Below are positions 41,585 through 53,850 of a DNA stretch of 64,000 nucleotides, one piece after another. Source of the DNA: a virus (Duplodnaviria; Caudoviricetes); IMG/VR virus record IMGVR_UViG_2061766007_000924, positions 37,396 to 101,395 of that record; one strand, given 5' to 3'. The translations under genes were made by a program, and so were the position numbers. The notes under the pieces are model-generated. The model saw only the letters and a list, made by a program, of their open reading frames with translations. It made no database searches and had not been told where the DNA came from. Within the stretch, counting starts at the first letter, position 1. Each line of letters begins with the position of its first letter.

Positions 41585-43434
41585 ATAATCGTCTGGAGGT
41601 TAAAATGAAACTCAGAGAAGCATGCAAAGTAGCAAGATGCGCAGGGTTGAAAACGGTAGGAGAAGCTGTGCTTAATATTGAACAGCATGCAAGCATGTTC
41701 TGGCCTTATGAAAAAATGGCATTTGAGCTTGTAGAGCTCGTTAAAGAGGCGGATCAGTATGAAGATGATACGCCAATTTCGCTTATTTTGGAGGGAAAAT
41801 AATGAAAACAGCTTTGATTGTGGTATTTGCGTTGTCGTATCTGCTTTCGATGCTCAGGTCAATTACGGATAAAGTCAGCGTGGGAGCTGGGATCTTGAGC
41901 AGTGTCATAGCTGTTACGAGCGCTGCATGCATGATGATTCTGACGTATTTAAGGTGAAGCTATGGAAAGAAAATATTTGGCTGTGAGCATCAAGCACTCA
42001 AATGGCTACTGGAAATATGGGAAGCCGCTGACGCTGTGGGGCACAAGAAGATCTGGAGATGACGAAAAAAGGGTGTTTAGCGGGTATACATACTACCCAA
42101 AGAACGCAGAGCTCTATGAGCTTGGGGCGTTTGTGGAGCATGGATATCCAACAGACTGTGTAAAGGAAGAGCCTGTGAAATTCACAATGGATATTTGCAA
42201 GAGGTGGCGGAAGGAATATGACACGGTTCTTGTGCTTGAGGAAGAGATTTTGAAATATTACAAGAACAATTGGCTCGCCCTTGAGAGACCGGAGGATGAC
42301 TGAGCATGGAGATCAGTGAGCTCATAAAAGAGCTGAGAGAGCTTGCGGAGTGGGCAGATGCAAACATCTGGGAAGTGCCTATCAATCTTCCTGATGTGCT
42401 TAGGCAAGCGGCTGATGAGATTGAGAAGACGCAGGAGGGCAGAGAGTGAAGGTGTGCGGTTCTCAGGAGCTTTGCCCGTTCAAATCAAAATTAACAACAG
42501 GAGGATGCATTGCGGCTGATGTGTGTCCCGGATACTGTGAGCCTTGGCACTGGTCAACAACAGCAAAAATGGCAATAGAAGAGGCAGAAAAGCAAAATTG
42601 GTTTTATGTAGATGGAAACGAGGACGGAGGGAAAGAATGAAACCGCAGAGCATGAGGCTAAAGTCTGTTTTACTTGACAATATTTATGGATACGAAACAG
42701 AACACATTTTGATTGAAGGAGATTGGTATTACAAAAAGGGATTAGCGTGGAGTGTCGTATCTTTGAAGAGAAAAATGGCTTGGTGCATAGAAATACTGAG
42801 AGGGAAAGCAATTGCTGTTCATTTCAAGGAAGACGAGGTGTGAGATGAGTTACGACATTGAGCTGAAAGATCCGGTCACAAAAGAGACAATTGAGATAGC
42901 TGATGCGCATTTTATGAGAGGCGGTACATATCAGCTTGGGGGATCAAAGCAGCTGTGGCTGAACATAACATACAACTACGGGAATTACTACTACGAGGCA
43001 ACGGACGGAGATCCACGCTTTGCTCATGATGAGGTGTCTTGCGTATATGCAGATGGACGGGAAGGGCCAATTGAGACTCAATATGGAATCAGAGGTATCT
43101 ACGGAAAGACAGGTCTTGAAAGCGTTCCGATGCTGGAAGACATGATCAGTAGAATTGAAGAGAAGTACAAGAAAAACGGAGAATGGATCAGCACAAAGAG
43201 AAAGTTTATGAAATATTATGATGAGGACGGCACAGAGCTTGATTTTGCTGATGTTTTAGATGCGCTCTTACACAAGACAGGGATGAAATATGTTAAGAGA
43301 GAAGAAGAGATAGAGGTCAATGAGGGGCCACACATTGATTACTGGATGGAAACGGCAGCGAATGCAATCAAACCCTTAAGACAGCTCATAGTGTTTGCAA
43401 AGATGAGGCCAGACGGGATATGGGACGGAGACTG

Positions 43435-43743
43435 ATGAGAACAAGGTGCAAGGATAAAAACGGAGACTGGATCTGGGCTGGAGATGTGGTGTCTGTAGAG
43501 GAATATCCAGATAAGTATGTAGGCGGAAGCCTGAGCTTTGAGGGCGTTGTGACAATTGAAAAAGGCCATGCTATGGTCACATACCATGACATTGGAGAAG
43601 AGGAAAGCTATCGCTTGTCAGGATTTCCACGGGCTGGGAGGTATATTCTGACTGACAAAGAGAGCCATGACTACTGGAGAACTGCGATGCTCGGTGGGGA
43701 GCCGCCAGAAGAGTGGTGGAAGAAGGAGAAGTACCGTGGATGA
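43435..43743 (+). CDS. YopX-like protein
   Basis: 'CKDKNGDWIWAGDVV'. Confidence 0.5.
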   Translation: MRTRCKDKNGDWIWAGDVVSVEEYPDKYVGGSLSFEGVVTIEKGHAMVTYHDIGEEESYRLSGFPRAGRYILTDKESHDYWRTAMLGGEPPEEWWKKEKYRG

Positions 43744-44691
43744 TGTGACAATTATGGATTTGGCTATTCTGTTTCCACAGATAGACGGTCGCTCTGATAG
43801 ACAAGTATGGTATGCAAATTGTCTGCGAAATGAATATGTAAAAAAGCACGAGCAAAGATTCAGAGAGATTGAAGAAGCAATGTTACGTGAGACAGATAGG
43901 CGGCTTCACAATTTGGATGAATACGATTATCTGTGCGAGGAAACATTTGACGAAGAATATAGCAATGCCGAAAGAGCGTGCTTGTTTGGAGTGGATGCTG
44001 GAGGGATAATTGCAGCATTGAGAGATGAGGTGCGTGACTGAGATGATCCCAGACAAAGAAAGAGAAGCACTGATGATGCTTTGTATGTGCGCAAACAGAA
44101 TGTGTAAAGCATGCAAATATGATAAAGACTGGTACGAGGAACGATGCAAAGAGGAAATCAACAATGCAATGAATGTGCTGACTGAGGCACTGGAAAGAGG
44201 CGGAGAGTAATGGAAGATAAGAACACATATATATGTGGACTTAGGGACGAAATAGAAGGAAAGCTTTGGGATGCGTATAACAGAGGGTATGATGACGGGT
44301 TTGAATACTGGAGGAATTTTACAAAAGCAGAAGAAGAGTATTTTTCTGCCATTGGGAAAGCTTTTTCGCAATGGATTGCTGATAAGAAGCACATTGTAAT
44401 GAGAGGTAAGCACAATAAAGAGAACGCAGAAAAGTTCGTCTATGGAGTTCTGAGCAAAATTGCGAATGGAAAAGAGCCTGAGACGTTTAGAGTAGGTGAT
44501 GAGGTCGTTGATAACTCAGGAGTCGTTGGAGTCATAACGAGGCTTTACGAAAACGAGGGGACAGCTGATGTGTTTGTGACAGACGAGGGGAATTATGGTC
44601 AAACTGTCTCTGGGATTAAATTATATAAAATGAAGAAAACAGGGAGACATTGCGACATAACGCTCAATTGGTAAAGGGAGGGAGAAAGAAG

Positions 44692-45372
44692 ATGAAACCG
44701 CCGATTTATGAACCGAAGGGTGCTGCAAAAGAATATGGAGATTTAGCGCTAAACATATACACGGGATGCCCGCATAGGTGTTTCTACTGTTATGCGCCGG
44801 GCGTGCTTCACAAGGACAAGGAAACATTTCACGGACATGTGGAGCCCCGCCCCGGCATCGTTGAGGAAGTAAAGAAGCAGCTCGAAAAAGAGCAGATCAC
44901 AGGGAAACTCATTCATCTATGCTTTACATGCGATCCGTACCCGACAGGTTACGACAGCACGGCAACGCGGGAGATCATCAAGCTTCTTAAAGAGCACGGA
45001 AACAACGTCCAGATCCTGACAAAGGGCGACGGCAAACGCGACTTTGATCTGCTGGACAGCGGCGACTGGTACGGCGTAACCATTGACGGAGCCGGGGCGC
45101 AATCTGATATAAAGCGTGGATTTGACTTAATGGCAGCAAACAACCGAGGAATAAAAACGTGGGTATCTTTTGAGCCTGTATTAAGCGCCCCAGTTGTACT
45201 CAACGAGATCAGAAACCTTTCTTTTGTCGATAAAGTGAAGATTGGAAAGCTCAATTACCACCCGTCAAAAATCGACTGGGCTGCGTTTGGAAGAGACGCA
45301 GAGGCGCTCTGCCAGAAACTCGGAGTGGATTATTACATCAAGGACAGCCTGAGGGCTGAGATGAACAAGTAG
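44692..45372 (+). CDS. Radical SAM protein (spore-photoproduct-lyase-like subgroup)
   Basis: CxxxCxxC 'NIYTGCPHRCFYCYA', plus 'CDPYP', 'ILTKG' and 'VSFEPV'. Confidence 0.85.
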   Translation: MKPPIYEPKGAAKEYGDLALNIYTGCPHRCFYCYAPGVLHKDKETFHGHVEPRPGIVEEVKKQLEKEQITGKLIHLCFTCDPYPTGYDSTATREIIKLLKEHGNNVQILTKGDGKRDFDLLDSGDWYGVTIDGAGAQSDIKRGFDLMAANNRGIKTWVSFEPVLSAPVVLNEIRNLSFVDKVKIGKLNYHPSKIDWAAFGRDAEALCQKLGVDYYIKDSLRAEMNK

Positions 45373-45566
45373 ATGCTGACGAATGACAGAGAAAAGAGAA
45401 TCTGCGCAAAGTATTCTGCTTATGACGAGAGCGGAAAGGTGCATTGCTCGGAGTGTCCGCTGCACAAAGGGGATGTTAGGTGGTGGGACTTTAGGTGCAA
45501 GGCAAACAGCCACTATGACAGGCACACAGGAGAATGGGAATACGATGAGGCAATGGAGGTTATTTG

Positions 45567-46088
45567 ATGGGGAAAGCGGTTTTGATCAGCATTAAGCCAA
45601 AGTGGGTGGAGCTAATTGCAAGTGGGCGTAAGACATTTGAACTAAGGAAGACACGTCCGAAGATTGACACACCGTTCAAGTGCTATATTTACTGCACAAA
45701 GCCAAGTTTTGAGCATGAGGATTTCTTCATCGTAAATACAGGGGATGGGGGAACAAGAGGATTCTATGGAGGCGGCAAGATTGTCGGAGAGTTCGTGTGC
45801 AATGAGATCATGACGGACTTGCACGGAGAACATGACGTATTCTTTGAGCACCATGCTTGCGTAACGGTTGAAGAGCAGAGAGAATATGCACCAGATGGGG
45901 CGCTTTATGGATGTCACATTTCAGAGCTTGTGATTTACGAGAAGCCGAAGGAGCTGACAGATTTTCAACTGGCTTGCAACCACAAAGAAGATTGCTGCAC
46001 ATGCAAGAGGTGGAGCACAAAGGATTATGCGTGCATATCTGGAATTTCACGTCCGCCGCAAAGCTGGATGTATGTCGAGGAGCTGTGA
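45567..46088 (+). CDS. ASCH domain protein
   Basis: 'LISIKPKWVELIASGRKTFELRK...IVGEF...PPQSWMYV'. Confidence 0.88.
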   Translation: MGKAVLISIKPKWVELIASGRKTFELRKTRPKIDTPFKCYIYCTKPSFEHEDFFIVNTGDGGTRGFYGGGKIVGEFVCNEIMTDLHGEHDVFFEHHACVTVEEQREYAPDGALYGCHISELVIYEKPKELTDFQLACNHKEDCCTCKRWSTKDYACISGISRPPQSWMYVEEL

Positions 46089-46288
46089 TGGAGCCTAAAT
46101 ATCCAGCAGGGGAAATTCCTTGGGTGAGGTACTTGAACAAAGCAGGAGAGACAATCTGCATTATCACAAGCAAAGAGGCAAGGGACGGCTACTATCTTTA
46201 TGATCTTGTAGATGGCAAGTTCGTGAAGAGAGGCAAGGCAAAAGAACCGCCTGAGCTGATAGAAAAATTCAATGTTTATAAGAGAATG

Positions 46289-46314
46289 AAGACGGCTGAA
46301 TAGGCCGTCTTTTT
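46289..46314 (+). terminator. Rho-independent terminator directly before P6
   Basis: AAGACGGCT-GAAT-AGGCCGTCTTTTT. Confidence 0.75.
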
Positions 46315-46381
46315 GCATAAAAATATGAGCGCAAATCCGTGCATAATGTCAATTGCTAAATAGCAACCATAGCGTTAGTAT
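46315..46381 (+). promoter_or_regulatory. Repeated phage promoter P6, with the operator overlapping -35
   Basis: GCATAA-N16-CCGTGCA-N4-GTCAA-TTGCTA(AATAGCAA)-...-TAGTAT. Confidence 0.8.
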
Positions 46382-46431
46382 ATAAGCGTAAGGAAGGTCA
46401 ATAATGTGTGAGATATACAGGAGGTGCCAAC

Positions 46432-49400
46432 ATGACTAAGAAGGATCTGGCTGCGAAGGTCGCAGAGTACAAGAGCTACAAGGCTCTGCTCAAAGAGGCT
46501 GAGGCTGAGGTTGAGCGTCTGGAAAAAGAGCTCAAGAAAGAGCTCGAACGCAAGGGCGTGGATGAGCTTGAGGTTGGAGAGTCTGTTGTGCGCAACACTG
46601 AGTTTGTTCAGAAGCGCTTCGACAGCAAGGGCTTCAAGGCTGCACAGCCTGAGCTGTATGAGACGTTCGTCAAGGAAATCAAGGGCCACCGTTTCTCGGT
46701 GGCCTGAGAGGAGGGAAAGAGATGTATTGCCTGTATATGATCGACAATGCGAGCTGGGGTCAGAAATACTACATGAAGAAAGACGGGTTTTGGGTCAACG
46801 TCAAGATTGCGGACGAGCTCATGAGATTCGAGACTGAGGATGAGGCAATTGATTGGGCGTGGACAGAAAATCCGTTTCGGAAATTCGGAGCTACGTATCA
46901 CGCAGAGAAGATAGGCGAGTAACGGAGGGGGAGAAGACATGTTCAACGAAGATGGCGAAAAGATTTGCGGACGCTACACCGTGAGCTATGAAGGTCATCT
47001 GTTTGAGGGCGACAAGGACGGGCTGAACTTCCATGATTACGACAGGTGGGATGAGGTCAACAGCTTGATTGACGCTTACGGGGACATTATTCATGTCAAA
47101 GACAATGAATACGGCGTTGATTTTGGATATGGGGAATGGTACTGATTTGGAGGAGTCTGCACGATGGAAGAGAAGAGATATCGCACTCGTCAGGAAATGA
47201 TTGAGTATTTCAAGGTCTTGGCAAACGGGTTTAGGATGGATGCGGCGATAGATGGGAAAAATGGAAACGGAACGTTAGCTGCTTGGGAGATGGGGAAGGC
47301 CGATGCGTATGAGATGGCAGCTTTCGAGCTGGAGCACAACATGGAGGGATGAAGATGAAAGCATTACCGATTGATGTTTATCGCAGCAAGAGCGTGGATT
47401 GCACGAATGGCGGTATTTCTTCAAAGTTCAATTCACTGCTTCTGGTTTGCAAAGAAGGGTTCATTGATGTGGATGAAAGCAATCCGCCTGAGAATCTGGT
47501 GAAGGTCAATAAGCGCTTCCTTTTTGGGGAGAACGTCTACAGCATAGTGCCGTACAATGAGCCCACGGGGGCAGGATGGATGTTTGGAGGCAATTTTGCC
47601 TACACAAGCGACAGCAGGTTCAGCAGAATGGTGGAAGGTGTGTATGGAGCAATTGCGATCCATGACAGGGAGGAGTGATAGCATGACAAGAGAATGGGCT
47701 GACGCTCTTGAGATTGCGGCAAACTTCTGCAAGTTTGATGCACCGCACAAGATATATGTTGAGAACAAGAAGAGATACATGGAGATTTTTGGGCATCGGT
47801 TCTGGTACAATCCTGACACGGATCTGTACGAAATTGATGATGCGGAGGGCATCGAATGAGGCACTTGAATCTGGATGATATGTACTACGCAAGCAAATGG
47901 GGGTTGATAGACTTCTATGAGGAAGCAGAGCGAAAGCTACGGGAAGCAATAAATTCAGGAGAGGACTTTGACACTGGATGGTTCGGGTGCAAAAAGGAAA
48001 TCCGATATGCAAGATATGAGAAAAGCGAAGACGGTTTTTTCATTACAGTATCCGCACACATGGACGATCTGTGGGATGGAGAAGAGCTTATCTATGATGC
48101 GCTAAGTGAAATTGGCATAGAAGATGAGCTGACGGAAGAGCTCATCGGAGAGATCAGGGATATAGCAATGGAGGTCGGGATAGAAGACGAGACAACCGTT
48201 TTCTGCAAACTGCATTCAAACGCAAGTTTTGATGAAGTGGTGAGAGAAACGGAAAAAGCGGAGGAAGAAGCAGAGGAAATCAACGAAGATATGTACAGAA
48301 GACTCTGCGATATAGTTAGGGAGGTTGTTAGGCCAGAAGGAAGTAAATAGCAATTTGCACAAACCAAATAGCAAATATCCGTGCGAATCGTCAATGGAAA
48401 TCTGAGTGTAATAGCGGTAGAATGATGATGCTGAGATAATGTCTCAGCGATGTTTTGAGTGAGTAGTTGCTAAATAGCGAACAGGAGGGCGAAATGGTCT
48501 TAGGGAAGGTAAAGAGCGACAAGGGCTTCTATCTGGGAGATGTCTGCTATGTGCTCGGTGATGATGTGTATGATCAGGTTTGGGGAAAGGAGAACAACTA
48601 TGAGGATGGTATTATCAAAGTTTCGGGAACTGATTTGCTCTTTTGTGTCGCCAGTACAGCGTACGGAGATGGAGCATATTATGATGGCGAAGGCCATGAG
48701 TACGGCGTTGATGCAGGGGTGATTGGCCTTGTGCCGCTGGAGCTGGTGGAGAAAGAGGACGGGCTGGAACTTGGGCGAGTCTTTGAAGAGGCTGGCACGG
48801 CAGAGTATGAGGCTGACGATGGCAGATTTTTCGTCACACTGCCGTCAGGGAAAATTGTGATTATCGACACTAAGGGAGAAGATGAAGTGTACGAGGATGA
48901 AGAGGAAGAGCCTGATGACGATGGTTGGTACTTCGATATAGTGGAAGGGTTTGCAGCAGACGAAGTGGGTTTTGACCCGTATCTTGGCTGCTACACGGAC
49001 GATGTGTGAGGTGAGAGGATGAGTCAATGGGCATATGTAAAAGGCGTTGTGATTGTCAGTCCGATGGGGAGGACGCAACCGGAGAAGAGATACATTTTAG
49101 ATACTGTTCTGGCTCATTTACCGAGGGTAACTGGTTCCGAAAAAGACATGGATGTGTATGTGATCCAGAAGAATGGGCACGATATCTCGTCCTCTTGTGA
49201 TGAGTTCGGGATGAACACTGACAATCTGGAAAGTATATATGGAGGCAAGAGCAACAGGGGGCGGCTGAACGTGCAGAGCCAGTATATCCTTGCTGTGGAT
49301 GGAAGTCTGAGAGACAGAACGTTTGAGGAAACTAAGAAAGAGTTTGTGAGGTGGCTTTGCCGTCTCGCAAAGAGAGTTACCGTAGAGGAAATACTTGTGA

Positions 49401-51525
49401 CCGTTGAATCTATTGATGGTAGCTTGCTCATCCGTGAGGATATGGGCGCTTTCTGGAAAATGTTTGAAGATCCGTCATGGGCGAACAAAGATCATGAGCC
49501 AACGTGGTGCGAGTACCTGATGTGGGACAGGGCAAAGGGCACGGATATGCCGATGATGCTTGCGTATAAGTATTATGCAGACGATGAGAATGACGCTGAG
49601 GTTGAGAGGCGTATGGGGTATGAAGAATTTTCAAAAAGAGGGTGAAGCAGATGGATGAAAAGCTTTTTTATCGAGCAAGGGAAGAGGAAAACGGGGAAAT
49701 CGTGATTGAGGGCTATGCTTACGGCCCGGATTGGGTAGCAATGGCGATGTACATGGATGATTTGCTGTTTGATACTCCAGAAGAAGCTAAGGATTGGTGG
49801 AACAAGGAGAAGATGAATGGCTGAATACACAATCAAACCGAAAATTGAAATCAAGATCACAGATGAGGACATTGATGACATTATGAGTGCAGCTCTTGAG
49901 GGCGGCGTGAATTATTGGTGTTATCGGGTTGATGTTGTCGGAGGGAATTATCTGGGTGAGTGGGCGCATGAACAGATCAGCAGGGGTGGAAGACTGAGAC
50001 TTTTTGATGCGGAATCCGATGATACATGGATTCTGTCCAGAAAAAAGTTTTTGGAAGGTTTCAGACGTTGGGTGGAAAAGGGCTACGACAGCAATGGGGC
50101 GTGTTCATCTAATGGTGTTGACTGCTGTCTGATTGACGCTGGAGATGCTGACGTTATAGTTCAGTTAGCGATTTTTGGAGATGTCGTTTTTGGCTGATTG
50201 GAGGGGATACAGTGATGAACTGCAAAAACTGTGGATATAAGTATTGCGCTTTTCGCGGGGCTGACAGGGAAATTCCTGCTTACCTTTGCGAAGACTTTGA
50301 AGCAGTGAAAAAGGATGGAGAGCCATTGGCAGAGAAGAGATTTCCGCGAATGACTCCTTATGAGAGGACAAGGGCTGCGGTTTATGCGACAGGGAATCGC
50401 TGGGCGATTGAGAATTTTCATGCTACGCATGACTGAGAAGGGGGATTGAAGATGGGGCTTGACATGTATTTGGATCGGCTTCCGAGATATAAGCACTATT
50501 CGGTTCGGGATATGAACAACGTGGACAGCTATCTTGAGTGGCTGGATAGAGATGAAGAGTATAAGAAAGATTCGCTCGAAGCGTGGTGCGGCGTGGATGA
50601 GAAGGATCTTCCGCCGAAGGAAGACTTGGATTATCTCATTTCTCTTGCGAGACCGAGAACTTACGCATGGGATCATGAGAAACGGTATGAGAGAGTAAAG
50701 CTGAATGAGGGCGTTGCATATTGGCGCAAGGCGAATGCTATTCACAAATGGTTTGTTGATCACGTTCAGGACGGAGAAGATGACTGCGAGTATCATAGAG
50801 AAGTAACAAAGCAGGATCTTGAAGAGCTTCGAGATACATGCAAGGAAATTCTGGAGAAGTGCGTTCTCGTTAAAGGAAAAGTTCAGAACGGTTGGAAATG
50901 GGACAGCAAGAAAAACAAGGAAGTTCCGAACTATCAGGATGGTCTGCTGGTGGCAAATCCTGATGTGTGCAAAAAGACTCTTCCGAGCTGCGATGGATTT
51001 TTCTTCGGGGGCACAGAATACAACGAGTGGTACATAGAAGATGTGAGGTACACGTTTGAGACGCTGAGTAAGATCATTGAGGAGACAGACTTCGAGAAAC
51101 AGCAGCTTTGGTATTGCGCGTCTTGGTGATGGAGAATGAAAGAAAAGTATGATGTTTACTCTGAGTTTGATCTTGAGCAGCACAAAAAGCACTTCGTCAA
51201 CTATTTGGAGGTCATGATTGATGAGGACGGGAAAGTGCATTATGCTGTCCCGTCTCATCAAGAGTGGGCTATAGCGGAGGCGTGTAAAAGACTGGGCGTT
51301 ACGAGGCAAGAGCTTTCTGACATGACTCCACCAGAGTTCTATTTTGACTGGCTAAATTGGCTTTTGATGCAATGCAAGAGTGTAGCGGTATGGGAGGACT
51401 TCTACATGGCACCGATGGTCAACAAGAGGCAGTACGCAGCTCTGAGGCGGTTGAAAATGGACGGGGTATATAAAGGAAAGCTGTTAAGCAACGGATTGGA
51501 TTGGCACAGAATAGCAGAGGAGTAG
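46432..51525 (+). other. Run of acidic hypothetical early ORFs (e.g. 46432-46707, 47349-47678, 47856-48350, 48494-49009, 49019-49645, 50446-51129, 51136-51525)
   Basis: Co-oriented ORFs with strong RBSs. No recognisable catalytic motifs. Confidence 0.7.
48357..48423 (+). promoter_or_regulatory. Repeated phage promoter P7 (operator at 48467-48480)
   Basis: GCACAA-N16-CCGTGCG-N4-GTCAA-TGGAAA-N17-TAGAAT. Confidence 0.8.
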
Positions 51526-51983
51526 AGATGCAAGGAGTTGCGCCGAGTCGAAAAGCAAAGGAGCAGCACGGCAGGGAGAGGCAGAGCAAAGGAAAAGAAT
51601 CGTTTTGAAACGCAATGGCATAGAAGAGAAAAGAACCGCCAAGGAATTGCATGGCTAAGAATCACTTGGAATTGTAGATCGAGGGAAGCTACTGAATAGC
51701 ATGTATGGGATACGAAGCGCAAAGGCAGAGAGAGGAAGAGAGAGGAAGAGCGATGGAACAGCAAAGACGAGGAACGCCAAGGAATTGCATAGAGTAGATA
51801 GGCAGAGAGTTTGAAAAGAACCGCAATAGAGACGGGAGATTTGGAGAGCCTTGATTTGCAAAGGGAAAGTGTAGTGCGGCTTGGCAAAGGAATTGTAAAG
51901 ATACGAATTGCCAAGGAATAGCAGGGAATGAACAGCTAAGGACGAGAACAGTTGCGAACAGCAGAGGAGAGGAGGAGCAACGG
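51488..51983 (+). repeat. Array A1: GCNNNGG heptamers with (NNNNG)n-NNNN spacers, about 19 heptamers
   Basis: Heptamers at 51488, 51514, 51555, 51586, 51612, 51638, (51664), 51688, 51719, 51750, 51776, 51802, 51823, 51858, 51884, 51910, 51935, 51961, 51977. Spacers are mostly 19 or 24 nt with G at every fifth base. Confidence 0.85.
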
Positions 51984-52004
51984 ATGGAAAAGCACCTCCG
52001 TTAT

Positions 52005-52071
52005 GCACAAAAAAGAACACGAAAAACCGTGTATAACGTCAATAGACGGATGCTTGCTACAGCGTTAGAAT
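52005..52071 (+). promoter_or_regulatory. Repeated phage promoter P8, heading the unit that contains array A2 and RAMP gene A
   Basis: GCACAA-N16-CCGTGTA-N4-GTCAA-TAGACG-N17-TAGAAT. Confidence 0.8.
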
Positions 52072-52104
52072 ATGTATGCTGATAGGGCAGATATTTGACA
52101 GGAG

Positions 52105-52449
52105 GTGCTTTTGATGGATCTGAGAGATTACAAGGGTACGATTCGCGAGGCTGTTCGGCGTGAACGGCACTGTGATCAGAACTGGTCGTGGAAAGTGCTG
52201 GCAATCAGCAAGGAAAAGGCTTCAATCGCGTGGACGTATCTGACGGAGTATCTTGGGGAAAAGAGTTGCTTTGAGATTCGTGTGATCGAGGATAAGGTAG
52301 CTGGGACAGTCGTTGAGGCGAAGAGTCCTGACGGATTCAAAGTTATTCGGTTCATTGGAGAAGGGCGCTGGAACGATTTTGAGACTGTCGAAGAGGGGCT
52401 TGCAAGTGCGATTCATGGGGTTGCACAGCATGCTCACTGGGCTTACTGA
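52105..52449 (+). CDS. Hypothetical protein
   Basis: RBS AGGAGG. First gene after P8. Confidence 0.65.
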   Translation: MLLMDLRDYKGTIREAVRRERHCDQNWSWKVLAISKEKASIAWTYLTEYLGEKSCFEIRVIEDKVAGTVVEAKSPDGFKVIRFIGEGRWNDFETVEEGLASAIHGVAQHAHWAY

Positions 52450-52461
52450 GGAGGGTGCAAA

Positions 52462-52926
52462 ATGACTTACAAAGAATACAAGGTTATTCGTCAGAAGAGC
52501 GTCAATGATCTGCCCATCTTCTGGGCGTTCAGCAACAGTCAGTTCAAAGAAGCAATGGAGGAACGTGGTCTGACGGAGAACGACACTGACAAGATTTACA
52601 GTCTTGGTGGAGGCGGCTTTTATCTGAGGTCTGACGCTGAGGTGATTCACGCTTTCTTCAACAAAAAGGATGAGCTTCCTGAGCTCATGAAAGATCCGGC
52701 ATTTGCTGAGGAAGCTTTCTTCTATGAGATGAAGAATCATGAGTTCGGGATTAACTGGCAGGGAGCTTGGGATGTGTGTCGGTGCTTCGGCGACTGCGAG
52801 TACGGAGAGGAAAAGGGCGGAGTTGATTATCTCAGAGAGATGGGGTACGGAGAAGAGACGGTCGCTGCTTACAAGAGAGCAAAGAAGCATTATTACAAGA
52901 TGGCTGAGGAAAACGAGTGGTTTTAA
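52462..52926 (+). CDS. Phage hypothetical protein
   Basis: RBS GAGGAGG. 'FWAFSNSQF...GGGFY...YEMKNHEF'. Confidence 0.7.
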   Translation: MTYKEYKVIRQKSVNDLPIFWAFSNSQFKEAMEERGLTENDTDKIYSLGGGGFYLRSDAEVIHAFFNKKDELPELMKDPAFAEEAFFYEMKNHEFGINWQGAWDVCRCFGDCEYGEEKGGVDYLREMGYGEETVAAYKRAKKHYYKMAEENEWF

Positions 52927-52939
52927 TGGAGGCGCGACA

Positions 52940-53119
52940 ATGACGAGTAATCAGTATTGGATCTTTCTGGAGGAACTGAGGCGTTCTGGAGCAGTCAACA
53001 TGTATGGGGCCGGGCCTTACATCAAAGAGGTGTTTGGGGTCAGCAGTAGAGAGGCAAGAAACATTCTTGCTGACTGGATGGCGCACTACGATCCAAAAGA
53101 TTACGAAGCTATGGAGTAG
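52940..53119 (+). CDS. Small hypothetical protein whose stop codon lies inside the start of array A2
   Basis: RBS GGAGG. 'LEELRRSGAVNMYGAGPY'. Confidence 0.65.
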   Translation: MTSNQYWIFLEELRRSGAVNMYGAGPYIKEVFGVSSREARNILADWMAHYDPKDYEAME

Positions 53120-53812
53120 CATTGAACGGCGAAGTCTTGAAATGATTAGCGAAGGCGTAGCGCACAGGAGAATTGAGCGGCAAAGGCAGAGAATAGACGT
53201 GAGCTGATGTGCAATGGATTGGCACGGAATTGAAGGGAATGGTGCAGAGCTGCTATGGAATAGCTCAGAGTAGATAGGCAGAGGAGTGGAGTCGATTGGG
53301 TGAGAACTGCAATGGAAAGGCGGGGAGAGGTGTGGCAGCGCCACGGAGCAGCCATGGTTTGAAATGATATGCAATAGAAGAGCACAGAAGCGCTGAGGAT
53401 CGAAGTGCTAAGGCACAGCGTGGAGGGGGGATGAGGTGAACTGCAAAGGCATAGGCGTGCGAGGACGAGCGAGGCGAGGGAATAGCCGGGTGCTGAGTAG
53501 AAGCGCAACGGATTAGCGTGGACGAGAGTTGATTCGCAAAGGCAAAGAAAGGACAGGCACCGAACCGCTAAGGAGAGGTCAAGAGTCGCGCCGCCAAGGT
53601 AAGGTTCAGCAAGGACAGGATTTGCAGAGGCAAGGCATCGAAACGAATGGTTATGAGACGCAAGGGTGAGGCCACGGTCGGATCAGAGCCGCAAAGGTAA
53701 GGAGAGGCGTGAAAGGGACTTGCAATGCAAAGGAAAGGCGGGGGATCGCAGGGTAAGGAGTGGCACCGCAAAGGAAGGATTGCAATGGATTAGCATGGCG
53801 TAGTCAAGATGT
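53108..53812 (+). repeat. Array A2: 22 GCNNNGG-type heptamers with (NNNNG)n-NNNN spacers (putative guide RNA array)
   Basis: Spacer lengths 34,24,24,34,19,24,24,24,29,29,24,24,24,24,19,24,29,24,29,34,7,24. G at 90 of 92 expected fifth positions. Ends 38 bp before the RAMP-like gene. Confidence 0.92.
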
Positions 53813-53850
53813 GAAAAAACAAATTTAATTAAAAGGAAGGAATTGAAAAC

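Noticed and set aside
51402-53771. Minus-strand ORFs over arrays A1 and A2 (51402-51914, 51419-51652, 51655-52020, 52832-53374, 53146-53508, 53568-53771)
   Set aside because: They are low-complexity Leu/Ser/Pro/Phe shadow translations of a purine-rich strand, antisense to the operon and without RBSs. The DNA period is 5, not 3.
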